Source of the DNA: Nitrosopumilus sp.
GTDB lineage: Archaea; Thermoproteota; Nitrososphaeria; Nitrososphaerales; Nitrosopumilaceae
Length of the DNA stretch: 64,000 bases
Assembly (NCBI GenBank): GCA_965218695.1
Contig: OZ244651.1
Coordinates: 800,001-864,000, forward strand
Direction of reading: 5' to 3'
Shown here: positions 29,996 to 41,300 of the stretch, piece by piece
How positions within the stretch are numbered: position 1 is the first letter of the stretch
How the letters are laid out: every line of letters starts with the position of its first letter
Position numbers and translations under genes: made by a program
Notes under the pieces: generated by a model
What the model saw: the letters and a program-made list of their open reading frames with translations, nothing else
What the model was told of the DNA's origin: nothing
Database searches by the model: none

Positions 29996-31677
29996 AGATC
30001 TCATGCAGAATGCGCCTGACTTAAAAAACTGAATTAAATTGGGTTATTCCCACGTGCGGCACCACATGCGGCCGAATATCCACAGAATCGTAAAGCATGC
30101 CAATCCAAGAAGGATAACCGAAACGTTAAGATCGGTGATTTTTACGCCACACCGTGATGGCAATGCTAGTCGATCCAACGGTGCAGAGATTACAGTAGGA
30201 AAACGAGGCGCTCAGGGAGTCGGATGAATTCCGCCGGCAGAGGATCAGGGCCCTCAGGGAGGCGCGCAGGACAGACCGACAGAAGTGCGAGGCCCTCGAG
30301 GAATGCCTGACTGATCACTGGACTGTCACGTCTAGGTATCTTGACGACATCATAAAATATCCTGAATTCCTGCACGCCATGACGCTGCGCACCCCGGAAA
30401 GGTTTGACCACACGCTGCACCGCCTCGAGGATCTTTTGGAGCGGAACGGGGAGACTGCGCTCTTTTCTGAAATCAAGAGCAGATCGAAAAACTCCGGGAG
30501 CAGGCGCATCCTGCCCCTGAGGCACGCGTACCTGCTGTGGCTGTTTCGGGCAAGGCTGAGCATACCGCAGGAAGCCCTTGCCGCGATGTTTGGCGTCGAC
30601 CAGGCCACAGTCTCCAGGTACCTTCCGCTGATGACCAGGCTGCTAGGCGAGACAGGCACGGCGCCGCGCAAAATCAGCGAGGCTGCACAAAAGGCCAGGA
30701 CGCTTGAGGAGAGCAAGAAGATAATACCCGGCAGGAGGGGAGGAGAACTGATGGTGGACGGCACGCACAACCGGGTCAGAAGGTCCGCGGACAAGGAGAG
30801 GCGCAAAAAGACGTACTCTGGCAAGAAGAAGGCACACACGTACAACACCAACATCGTGATCAACAAGCGCCGCGTGATAGTGGCGATAAGCAAGACCGTT
30901 CCGGGCAGCGTCCACGACAAGACCCTGCTCAACGAGGATCCGCCAAACCTTGGAATCATTACGGCAAGGATGGGCCAGAAGGACGTGCCCGAAGAGGAAA
31001 AGCCTGACGTCCTGATGGACAAGGGCTACCAAGGGGCAAGAGAGGAATATCCCGGATGGCACATCAGGCACCCGCACAAGAAAAAGCGTGGAGCCGACAA
31101 AAAGACCGGCGGCCTGACAAAGAAGCAACGCGCCTACAACAAGAGGGTAAACAGCTCCCGTGTGGCCATAGAGCACGTTATCGGAAGCCTGAAACAGTAC
31201 AAGAGGCTGACTGACCCGTACGACGGCACCGAGGAGGAGTACAACGACGAGCTCAACGCGATTGCGGGAATGGTAAACCAGGATCTGATGTGGGACGAAA
31301 TAAAACTCAGGGACGCGGACCTTCTCAAAAGGCTGGCCGAGAAAAGGGCGCGCCTCTGAGGCAGGGCGGCACGAGCCGCCTGACGGAGTGAAAGACAGGT
31401 GGCATCAGGCAGTGCAGGAATGTCGCGCACGGCATCCAATATTTGTGCAAATTCCCCCACCATTCCCCATGAAACAACCTGCCGCCCCGGGGACGGATGC
31501 CGCACATCCACAGGACGTGCCTTATTTTCCAATACTGGAAACTGGATTTTTCACATGGACGTGCAAGACAAATTTGTAAAATATACGGCAGACGAGATTT
31601 TCAAATATGGCCACGTCTAGCGCAGTTCTGACATGATTTTATGATTTGCCACGTCAGGCACATTCTGCATAGGATCT
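29996..31677 (+). mobile_element. IS5-family (DDE_Tnp_4 / ISL2-like) element
   Basis: TIR AGATC(TC/CT)ATGCAGAATG(C/T)GCCTGAC; 3-bp TSD ATT (29993-95, 31678-80) within the QIID codons of the host gene. Confidence 0.9.
30157..31359 (+). CDS. IS5-family transposase with an in-frame TAG at 30196 (open frame from ATG 30379)
   Basis: MVDGT, YSGKKKAHT, GSVHD, MDKGYQG and RVAIEHVIGSLK motifs; the frame extends upstream to ATG 30157 across one amber codon. Confidence 0.85.
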
Positions 31678-32644
31678 ATTATTTGTACTCCGTCATCGAT
31701 ACCTGATGTAACCAGCGCGTAGGTAGTTCCGTCAATAACGACAGTCGTGATGTAATTTGCCCCGTCAAGCATGTCAAAGGTCGTTCCATCAGATATTGAT
31801 GTTATCAATGTCGGGGAGGTGGGATTCGTTATGTCCACTACCTGAACGCTGTCATCAGTCCAGCTTGCAACCAGGGCGTAGTGCCGCTGATCAATCACGG
31901 CAGTAGTGACATGAAACGTGCCGTCAAAATTGTCAAACGCTATGCCGCTGGAATCACGTCCCCTGTCGACAAAATGAAACTTTTCAAATACCAGAGGATC
32001 AGTGAATATCATTCGGATATCGCCGATGGCAGCAATAAAATCATCCTGATCATGTATCTCTGCGCTGCTCGGGACCGCGTCAAGCAATGACATGTCGACG
32101 ACGTTTACCGTAAGGGTTGTCTCGGCTGCATTGCCCGCCCTGTCCGTACACCTGAAAGTCACAGTCTGTATTCCGGTGGTCTCCGTGCTGACTGTGTTAG
32201 GGGATGCCAGTACGAATGGATCCCTTTCGTGCTCGTCAATACACGTTACTTCCGGCTGAGTGTACGTGCCGTTCAGACCTATGCGGATAGTATTACTGCC
32301 TATGATTTCAATTACAGGGGGGGTTGTGTCGCGCACAATGACTGCCAGGGTGGCAGCGGCAGGGTTGTTGGCAGTATCGGAGCATCCGAAAGTAACAGTC
32401 TGGGTTACGGTGCGTGTTGTGTCGATGTCACCCACAGTGGTAACATCCGTAATTGCACCATCCACGTCGTCGATGCATGTGACGGCAGGTTCTTCATAGA
32501 TATCATAAGGATCTAGAAAAAGCGGATTGTCGCCGACAATTGTAATTACCGGGGGAGTTACATCGCGAACAATGACTGTCAGGGTGGCAGCGGCAGGGTT
32601 GCCTGCAGCGTCGGTGCAGCCGAAAGTCACGGTGTATGTTCCAG

Positions 32645-33816
32645 AGACATCATCCGTAATTGGGCATAATCACGAGATTGGACGCATTGCAGGACAAATC
32701 TGGCTGACTGCATGGAATTGCATGTCAATTCGAACTTGCCCGATGATCAAAACTATACGTCAGCCGTGTTTTATTCTGATTGCCAATGTCAAAGCATGTC
32801 ATTATACGACAAATTAGCAAAAAAGCCCAAACTGTTCATCCGGTGCACTGGACTGACAGTCTCCGAATTTAATTTGGTGGCAGGGCGGCTGGCAAAAAAA
32901 TACCCCAAGGCAGAGCAAAAGCGACTCGCCAAAAGAAGCAGGGTGCGCGGCATTGGTGCCGGACGCAGGTGGAAACTGGATCTGAAAAACAGGTTTCTTC
33001 TGGTCCTGTTTTATTACAGGACATACGCTACGCAGGATCTTCTTGCCCTGACGTTCCATGTGGGTCAGGCCAGTGTGTCCCGCAGCATGGGGGCACTGGA
33101 GCCGTCGATCCGGCAGTGCGTTCCGCTTCCGTCAAAGATCTACGCCAACATCAAGGCCACCAAGACGCTTGACGATCTTGAGGAGATCATTCCTGGCCTG
33201 ACTGCCCTGATTGATGCCTCCGAGCAGCAGATACAGCGTCCCGGACGCAAGGACATGGAACGGTCCCACTACTCGGGCAAGGCACACAGGCACACGTCCA
33301 AGGTCCAGTACACGTCGGCCACGGACGGCCTCATCCTTCACAAGACCCGGCATTCCCCGGGCAGGATCCACGACTTTGCAGTATTCAAGAAGAAACACCC
33401 GACATTCCCTGACAACCTTCCACGCAAGGACGGGAGCAAGGACAAGGAAAGGATCAAAGTCAGAGAGATCCTGGACAACGGATACCAGGGGATCAACAAA
33501 GAATTTCCTGACCGGGATGCAGTAGTGCCGTACAAGAAGCAAAAAGGCGCAGAATTGTCCCCCGAGCAGAAGGAATTCAACAAAAAGCACTCAAAGGCAC
33601 GGGTGTATGTGGAGCACGCCATCCGCAGGGTCAAACGGTTTCGCATAATGAGCGGTGTCTACCGAAACCGCCTGAAAAAATACGACACCGTCAATGACAT
33701 CGTCTGCGGATTTGCCAACCTCAGGGTTCTCCTAGTCCGGGAAGCAACCTGATAGGAGTCAAAAAACCTACACAGTATAGGAAAATATGTACAATTTCTA
33801 ATTACGGATTATGTCT
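32645..33816 (+). mobile_element. IS5-family (DDE_Tnp_4) element, complete
   Basis: TIR AGACAT(C/A)ATCCGTAATT; 3-bp TSD CAG (32642-44, 33817-19). Confidence 0.92.
32797..33752 (+). CDS. IS5-family transposase
   Basis: TGLTVSEF, GAGR, LIDASE, YSGK, LDNGYQG and RVYVEHAIRRVK motifs; start probably at MSLYDK (ORF track begins at 32712). Confidence 0.9.
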
Positions 33817-34435
33817 CAGGTACGGCGGTGTCGACTGTGCCGGTGACGGTGATGTCGGATATGGCACCGTCGACTGCGTCCTCGCACGTTACTGCCGGAT
33901 GACTGTACGTGCCGTTCTGGTCTATGGCAAGCGGGTTGTCGCCTGGGATCGTGATGGCCGGTTGAGTTGCATCACGTATGTGGACTGTCAGGGTGGCAGC
34001 GGCAGGGTTGCCTGCAGCGTCGGTGCAGCCGAAAGTCACGGTGTATGTTCCAGGTACGGCGGTGTCGACTGTGCCGGTGACGGTGATGTCGGATATGGCA
34101 CCGTCGACTGCGTCCTCGCACGTTACTGCCGGATGACTGTACGTGCCGTTCTGGTCTATGGCAAGCGGGTTGTCGCCTGGGATCGTGATGGCCGGTTGAG
34201 TTGCATCACGTATGTGGACTGTCAGGGTGGCAGCGGCAGGGTTGCCTGCAGCGTCGGTGCAGCCGAAAGTCACGGTGTATGTTCCAGGTACGGCGGTGTC
34301 GACTGTGCCGGTGACGGTGATGTCGGATATGGCACCGTCGACTGCGTCCTCGCACGTTACTGCCGGATGACTGTACGTGCCGTTCTGGTCTATGGCAAGC
34401 GGGTTGTCGCCTGGGATTGCAATGACAGGGGGCGT
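33817..34435 (-). repeat. nucleotide-identical 234-nt DUF5011/Ig-like repeats
   Basis: CAGGTACGGCGG recurs at 33817, 34051 and 34285; the third unit is completed beyond the IS at 32641-32575. Confidence 0.9.
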
Positions 34436-35091
34436 GGTGTCACTTACAGTGTCAGTTGAATTGGTACCTTCAAGTGCATCTTCGTCACCCATAGGTTGCA
34501 GTCCATTATCGGAATCTGCTGCCACAGCACATGCACCAATCGGCCCCAGGACAAATATTGCAAACTCGTCGGATGGATGGATAACACCAGTTGCAACAAT
34601 GCCAGTACATTCCGAATCATCGCCATTCGTGTTCCATGTCAGGAATGCCTGAAATTTGGCATCGGCAGGTTCTTGCATCTTGCTGTAGAGCAAGGCATCA
34701 ACCTTGTCGAGAATGACATCAGGTTGTGGGTATGCAGTACTGCCATCTGCAATAGAACCTCCAGTTAGATGCTCTGAAGGCATGGCCTGAGATTCAGATG
34801 ACGTCATGGATGCAAATACAACTAAAAACATGACAGAAAGTAGGGTAACTGGCAGTATGGCAGATGCGACATTCCGCTGGTCAGGCATATCATCATATGA
34901 CATTGACGTGGATAAATCTGCCGTATCAGCGTGTCTCGGGCGGGAGAGCCTGCCGCATAGCAAGACGGGAGAGATATAGTACATTTTTGTACAAGTGCCA
35001 CCCAGCCTGGCACCTGCGCGCGTCGCTCAAGATGTCCAAGAACTTGGCAGATGCAGCATCCAGGCGCATATGCATCCAGGATGTCGGGATC

Positions 35092-36610
35092 CTACCGTAG
35101 TGCCAGCGGCGTGACTGCCGTAGACACCGGAGACGACGGGTTCGATACGTCGAATATGTGGACTATGTTCTCGTCGTCCATCATGACAAGCGCAAGCGTC
35201 GCAGAGTCAGTGTGCACCACTCCCGCACTGCGCACCCCGTAGATGGTCGTGCCTTCCAGTCCGGCGCTAATCAGCCCTCCCAGCGTCGGGGATTCGGGAT
35301 CTGTGACGTCGACAAACTGCACGCTGTCCCGCGCGCTTGCAGCCGCCACGTACGTCCTGTCTCCAATTACTGCCATCTCCACCATCTGGACTGCGTGCAT
35401 GTATCCCCCGTCTTGGTGGCCATGCATGCTAGACAGCCTGGCAGGATTATACGGATCCGAGATGTCCACCACAACGACTGCATCAGACAGAAACGTTCCT
35501 GCCACCATCAGGGACGCATCGCCCACCGTTATGGCATCCACGTCAGTGATATGGTACAGCAGGTCGTACCCATCCATCCCGCCCCGGACAAACGATGCCT
35601 GTCTTGGCGTTGCAGGATCCGTAATGTCGATTACCCGGATGCTGCTATCCCGAAAGCTTGACACGACTGCAAAGGTGCCGTCGCCTATATCCACGACGGA
35701 TATGTCCTCTGCCCCCACCAGCTCAAAGCCATCCTGGCCGTCGCGTGCGGTTGCGACCATTACCGGGTTGGCAGGATCGCTGATGTCAAACACATGCACC
35801 GCATCCTCATTGAATGCTGCTGCCACGGCGTATGAGGTGCCGTCGATTTCAGTCATGACCACGTTGCCTGCGCCGGTAAATCCTTCAAACCCGGAATTAC
35901 CGCCCTGTATGACAGACACCGGAACGGGTTTTTCAGGGTCACTCATGTCTACAATCTGGATCACGCCGTCCCTGAACCCGGATATCATGGCATGCATGCC
36001 ATCTCCCACAACACCTGACGCCACGCTTATCGGCCTGCCCATGTCAAACCCGTCCTGACCGTCTTGAATCACATACTTGGGAATCGGCTTGTACGGATCC
36101 GTAATGTCGGTCACGCGTACTGCGTCGTCGACGTATGCAGTCAAAAGCGCATACGCCCTGCCATCAACTGTAAACAATTCCATCTCGTCGCCCAACAGCG
36201 TCCACGCCCTATCAGGTCCGGACAGGATAGACGACAGCACCTCAGGCGAAGACGGGTCGGTCACATCCACCACGTATATCCCGTCTGCAAAGACATCTGT
36301 CACCACGGCATACGTGCCTGCCCCGGTTGAGATCACGGACACGTCGGCCACGCTGCCCAGCTCAAACGATTCCGGGCCAGCCATCACCGGGGATGCCGGA
36401 TCTGTGATGTCAATTATGTTCAGGTACCCATCCACATAGTCTGGCACCAAAACGTACGTCCCGCCTGCGTTACTCATGACATCCAGATCCTTGGGCCCGG
36501 ACAGGTGCTCAAAGCCATCCTGGCCGTTCTGGACGCGCGCAGTCACTGCAGGCGCATAGGGATCAGATATGTCTAGTATTGTCACGCTGTCGTCATGCGT
36601 CTTGACCACC
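35092..36610 (-). pseudogene. internal fragment of a second LVIVD-like repeat surface protein
   Basis: About 10 divergent repeats (..D.V.I.DISDP..P); no signal peptide; the repeat pattern begins and ends abruptly. Confidence 0.75.
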
Positions 36611-37238
36611 CTACTTGACAGGACACGTGTGTCAAACCATACCATGTTCACAAAGAACTGGTTTGGGTATCGGGGCCGTGCGGTCTTGCAGTTTATTGCA
36701 CACGGACAGGACTGTACGAATCTGGTTGCAGGACAAACCCTTGAAAGGTACATTTCCATCTACTGAGGAACCAAGATAAGCGGTCAGTTCGGTACAGGAT
36801 AATCGGACAACTTGTGCCTAAACGTAGCATCTTACTGTCCAATTGTTGTCTGAATCCCGGCATCAAGTGTCAAAGAACGCCACAGGTGCATTGCAGGCTA
36901 CGACGGCTGATCCTGCAATTCCGGACTGGCAGGAACCAAGATCATGCAGGTGACAGGATAGGCACGTTCCGAATGGCACCACAGAAAGGCCACCACATGC
37001 AGTATGCACACCGGTTCACTGTGAGGCTTAAATGGGACAACTCTCAGAATTTTACGGGATCGTGGTCTAGATTGGTAGGATTCTGCGTTCGGGTCGCAGA
37101 GATCGTGCGTTCAAATCGCACCGATCCCATCGAAATCATCGCTATGCAGAAACGCATTCGGGTACAAATATGAAAAACTATGCAGCAGTATGAAAAACCT
37201 TGACCCATCCTGTAAAATAAAACCTCGGGCAACACCAC

Positions 37239-37439
37239 TTGATGCAAGTACGGACAAGAAGCGGCTGGTGGTACCTGTTGCCCATATTTCTTGGAGTGGT
37301 AGGAGGAATCATCGGATACTTTGTCATCCGCCATGACGATCCAAAAAAGGCAAAAAACTGCATGTACCTTGGAGTCGCCTTGACCGCAGTCCACATAGCG
37401 CTGAACATCGTATCTGCGGCAGTAGGTTTCGTCTTCTGA
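37239..37439 (+). CDS. small membrane protein
   Basis: WWYLLPIFLGVVGGIIGYF..DDPKKAKNC..LG; two TM segments. Confidence 0.75.
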   Translation: MMQVRTRSGWWYLLPIFLGVVGGIIGYFVIRHDDPKKAKNCMYLGVALTAVHIALNIVSAAVGFVF

Positions 37440-37613
37440 TTCTCGACCAGGTATGCATGATGTCCCGGCCGTTGCATTTTGTGCAAGCCATTCTTGATGC
37501 AGAATCTGGCTTCTTTGCCCGCAGGACCGCCTGCACCGGGTCAGTTGCTGCTGCTGTTGTTGTTTGGCCACACGAGGCCGGCATGTTCCCCGCGGCAATT
37601 TGGGGGCAGGTGC

Positions 37614-38114
37614 CTATTTTTTGGAATTCTCAAGTGCGTTTGTCACGGCCCGGTTCATAATCTCCACCATCAGATACTGGGAGTACTCCTCAGGCTTCTT
37701 CCCCTTTGGCGCGTCCGTCGATATATCCAATCCCTGAAGGATCTTTTCAAGCTTTGCAGATGTCCTGGTTATGATTTTGGAGTACTTTGTATCAAAGTCG
37801 TCCGGCGGCTGAAAGCCCATCAGTCGGATTGACGTGCCATAATACTTTGTGACCGCGCCCCTCTGTTCCTCGATCCTTGTAATCTCAATCATTCCTGATC
37901 CCTTTAGAATCTCCAAATGGTGGCGGATCGTAGTCAGCGCCTTGTTAAAGCCGACTTTTTTGAGCTTTTGGGTAATCTGGTCTGCAGAAAGACTCTGCTT
38001 GTACAGCATCTCTACAACCTTTGCCCGAATGGGATCCTCGATTGCACGCGCATGGGTTATGCTTGTAGTGACTATGCGGTTTATCTTGATGGGCCTTTCC
38101 AGCAGCGTTGACAT
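37614..38114 (-). CDS. ArsR-like winged-helix transcriptional regulator
   Basis: DPIRAKVVEML..TTIRHHLEILKGSGMI..KYYG. Confidence 0.85.
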   Translation of the reverse strand: MSTLLERPIKINRIVTTSITHARAIEDPIRAKVVEMLYKQSLSADQITQKLKKVGFNKALTTIRHHLEILKGSGMIEITRIEEQRGAVTKYYGTSIRLMGFQPPDDFDTKYSKIITRTSAKLEKILQGLDISTDAPKGKKPEEYSQYLMVEIMNRAVTNALENSKK

Positions 38115-38265
38115 GCTTGGATTCCTGGTTTGATCTAAAAGATACCAGCATCATATTTTTTTGTCCAGTAGCATTGTTTTTTCCCCGCTACAGAATCCGT
38201 CTCATCAGGTACGCCGGCACATGGCCTGCACCGGGAGGCTTTTGCACAACCACACCTTATGGGAA

Positions 38266-38652
38266 TCAGGAGCCCATCATGCCGACCATCTTGGGCAGTT
38301 CACGGTAGGCCTTGCTCACAAAGACATCGTTATCGGCACTGATCATGACAAACTCCATGGAGTTTTCTGGAGGAGGCGAGACTATGACCTTCTGTCCTGC
38401 CCTCAAGGTTCCCAGATCCAACGTGTCTCCGTCTCCAAAATTGATATGAATGTTGGTAAGGGGTTCAGAACCGGTATTCTGTATCGTCACGCGGCCCATT
38501 ACAAACAGGCTCTGCTTGTCCAGTATCGGGTCGACAAATATGTCATGTTTCTGCGTGGCCACAGACAGTTTGAGCACGTCGGCACCAAACACTACTGCCA
38601 TCAGCACAATCACCCCAATCCCCAATCCTATAAGCACGGTGTACTGCTTCAC
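38266..38652 (-). CDS. conserved membrane-anchored hypothetical protein
   Basis: N-terminal TM helix and Ig-like VTIQNTG motif. Confidence 0.75.
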   Translation of the reverse strand: MKQYTVLIGLGIGVIVLMAVVFGADVLKLSVATQKHDIFVDPILDKQSLFVMGRVTIQNTGSEPLTNIHINFGDGDTLDLGTLRAGQKVIVSPPPENSMEFVMISADNDVFVSKAYRELPKMVGMMGS

Positions 38653-38820
38653 AGCAATGCTTGTTACATCTGATAATTAAGGATCACATACTGCAGCCAT
38701 GCAAGGGACGAAGTTTGTCCTCATGCTCAGGACATCAGGTATGTTCTTTGGATATTTGTAAAGCACCTGGTCATATAAAAAAAAAGATGTCGTGCGCATC
38801 TACCAGTCTCAATTTGGATG

Positions 38821-39048
38821 CTATTTCCAGCTGCTCAAGAATCCAATCCGCCCAAGTGATCTTGTAAAATGGCAGCATGTGAGAGCCGTTGCCCGGGGCG
38901 TGATTCCTTTAGACAGGCGATATCGTTCTGCTGCCAACCCTGAAGTTTTTTCATAAACTGCAGCAGGGATTCCATTCTGGGCGAGCAGTGCGGCTGCCGA
39001 CAGGACACTTATGCCGCCACCGAGCACGATTACTGCATTCACAGGCAA
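38821..39048 (-). pseudogene. N-terminal fragment of an FAD-dependent oxidoreductase (phytoene dehydrogenase-like)
   Basis: Decayed Rossmann motif VIVLGGGISVLSAAALLAQNG..VYEK; the frame is lost soon after. Confidence 0.65.
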
Positions 39049-39214
39049 TTTTGAAGGTTTCTGTATACAATCTAGTGTTAATTTTTATTACTAGTGTCTA
39101 TTTTGCCACCAAGCTGTAAAAGGCAGGCATGGATTAGTACATAATTCGTTATTTTTGGACACTAGGAAATATAATTACCACGAGTTTAAATATCATAATA
39201 GGGTAATTAGACTG

Positions 39215-40099
39215 ATGAAAACATGGATAACAGTCATGGCAATACTTGCAATGCTATCAGTCTCCCAATTGGCAGATGCACAGACGGTGCCATCATGGAT
39301 TAAGAGTAATGCAGACTTTTGGGTACAGGAACAGATCAGTGACGAAGTGTTCGTACAGGGAATAGAGTACCTGATTTCAGAAGGGATCATGCACGTATCA
39401 GTCACGCAGGAGACACAAGAGTCATCAGAGGGTATCCCTGACTGGGTAAGGAATGTTGCCGAGTTTTGGGTGGATGGCAGCATCGAGGACAGCGAATTTC
39501 TTGGCGGAATTCAATACCTTGTGGAGGTGGGAATCATTGTAGTTGGAGCTCAGGAGCACGAGGATACAGGTTCGGAGGACGCAAGACTGGCAGAGCTTGA
39601 AGGAGAACTGCTGGCATGCGAGGATATCAAGAAGGCAGCCAAGAGATCAGACTGCAGAAAGGCAGCCCAGCATGCAGTAACCGTATACAAGTACAAGGCA
39701 GAGGCCCAGTTGATTCATGCCGGACCGATCAACTTCTACTGGAACGGAATCGGTTCTGAGGGAAGCGATCTTGAAATCAGCCCCACAGGCCAGGCAATCC
39801 TGACAATCAGAATGCTTGCAGAGAACACCGATTCGGAGAACGTTGCCCTGCAGTGCACGAGTCCGCAGATTTGCAGCTACGATGTCTGGAACGGGGATAC
39901 TGCCTTCAAGTATGCAGGCACAGACTTTACCAACGGACAGATTGTGCTCAAGCCCGGTCAGGCCAAGGAGTTCAACATGCTCTTTGGGCCCGACATCGGA
40001 TACGGCGGGACACAGTTCATCTACGATTCCTCAAAAGACTACTACTTTAGGATATCTGAGCACTGGGGAAGTGCCGAGGTTCCTCTTGGCTTGGATTAG
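39215..40099 (+). CDS. secreted protein with two thaumarchaeal 'PxWIK..A.FW' surface-anchoring repeats
   Basis: Signal peptide from MKTWIT; repeats VPSWIKSNADFW..GIEYLI and IPDWVRNVAEFW..GIQYLV. Confidence 0.8.
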   Translation: MKTWITVMAILAMLSVSQLADAQTVPSWIKSNADFWVQEQISDEVFVQGIEYLISEGIMHVSVTQETQESSEGIPDWVRNVAEFWVDGSIEDSEFLGGIQYLVEVGIIVVGAQEHEDTGSEDARLAELEGELLACEDIKKAAKRSDCRKAAQHAVTVYKYKAEAQLIHAGPINFYWNGIGSEGSDLEISPTGQAILTIRMLAENTDSENVALQCTSPQICSYDVWNGDTAFKYAGTDFTNGQIVLKPGQAKEFNMLFGPDIGYGGTQFIYDSSKDYYFRISEHWGSAEVPLGLD

Positions 40100-40347
40100 T
40101 CCACCCTTTTTTTTAATAAGACGCATGCAGTCCCCTCAAGGATTGGCAGGCACCGCATTTGATTGGCAGCAGTTCCCATCTGCAGGCAGACGGGGTTCTG
40201 AGAGATTCCAGACACGTGTTGTCGGAGTGTCCCATACAGGAGCAGTCGGGCCATGCTGCAGATACGGATGCTACAAATATGCCACAGATACGCTGCAACA
40301 GCAACAGCATACGTTGGCAGAATGCCAAATTCCGGACAGGCAGCTGC

Positions 40348-40391
40348 CAGCAGGCATGCAGGGGATCAGCAGGCATGCAGGGGATCAGCAG
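40348..40391. repeat. 19-bp tandem repeat x2.3
   Basis: CAGCAGGCATGCAGGGGAT twice, then CAGCAG, upstream of the B12-binding gene. Confidence 0.8.
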
Positions 40392-40436
40392 AATGCCTGA
40401 TGGATGGTTCGACGTGCAAGACCGGGGAATGGACTA

Positions 40437-41300
40437 ATGGTATACATACGAACAAAGCAAGTCATGGGTAAGAAGTATCTTTATCTGGTCAGAAGCGTCT
40501 GGGATTCTAAAAAAAGCACGTCGCGGCAGGAGATAATCAAGTATCTGGGAAGGGCCTCGGAGGTAGGACCCGATGACATACCGCCAGAGTACAGGGACAA
40601 CCCACGAATCAGTGCGTTTCTGGCAGGCAACACGACACACGGGACAGTCGAAAACGAAAAACTAATCCAAAAACTGAGGGAGGTTGCATTCAGGTCCCTA
40701 ACCATAGGGGATACGGACAGGGTACTTGAGATCTGCAAGTCATACACCAAGACATCCACTCTGGGGGATTTTTATGAGGACATCTTGAGGCCTGTGATGT
40801 ACGGGATAGGCGAATCATGGGCAAACAACGTGCTGAGCATAGCAGACGAGCATGTTGCCAGCAATGCCGCATCAAGGCTGGTCGGCATTCTCAGCAAAGG
40901 GAGATCGATGGCCAAGGGCAGTGCCAGAATCCTCATCTGCGTTCCCAGCGGAGAGGAACACAGTCTTGGGTGCAATGTAATGCAGTCGTTCTTACAAAAC
41001 ATGGGGCATACCGTATTCAACCTATCACCGTCGGCTCCAGCAGAGACGATCATTCATTTTATAAAAGAATCAGAGCCGGATGTCGTGCTAATCTCAATTA
41101 CAATCAAGGACAACATCAGGACAGGGCAGAGACTGGTAAAAAAGATCCAGGACGAGTGCAGTATACCGATTCTGGTCGGGGGACAGGCATTAAAGAACAG
41201 CAGCGCAAGGTTTGGGTGCAGCGTGATGACTGACGAATCACTGAAAGGCGCCCATAGGGCCGTCATGGATGCAATTGGCGGCAAAAGGCATGCAAAATGA
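40437..41300 (+). CDS. cobalamin-binding domain protein (CarH-like B12 module)
   Basis: W-x9-EH (WANNVLSIADEH), EEHSLG and ILVGG motifs; start at MVYIRTK. Confidence 0.85.
   Translation: MVYIRTKQVMGKKYLYLVRSVWDSKKSTSRQEIIKYLGRASEVGPDDIPPEYRDNPRISAFLAGNTTHGTVENEKLIQKLREVAFRSLTIGDTDRVLEICKSYTKTSTLGDFYEDILRPVMYGIGESWANNVLSIADEHVASNAASRLVGILSKGRSMAKGSARILICVPSGEEHSLGCNVMQSFLQNMGHTVFNLSPSAPAETIIHFIKESEPDVVLISITIKDNIRTGQRLVKKIQDECSIPILVGGQALKNSSARFGCSVMTDESLKGAHRAVMDAIGGKRHAK

Larger units (their letters stand above)
26812..34984 (-). pseudogene. giant surface protein (DUF5011-like Ig repeats plus LVIVD-like beta-propeller repeats) split by two IS5-family elements
   Basis: Segments 34984-33817, 32641-31678 and 29992-26812 total 5313 nt in one frame; N-terminal hydrophobic segment; 78-aa Ig repeats and about 53-aa YALVAS..D.GVQIIDISDP repeats. 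Confidence 0.88.

Noticed and set aside
26812-34435. Regularly spaced repeats as a CRISPR array or DGR template/variable pair
   Set aside because: The periods are 159 and 234 nt, in frame and protein-coding. There are no unique spacers, no cas or reverse transcriptase genes, and no adenine-specific variation.
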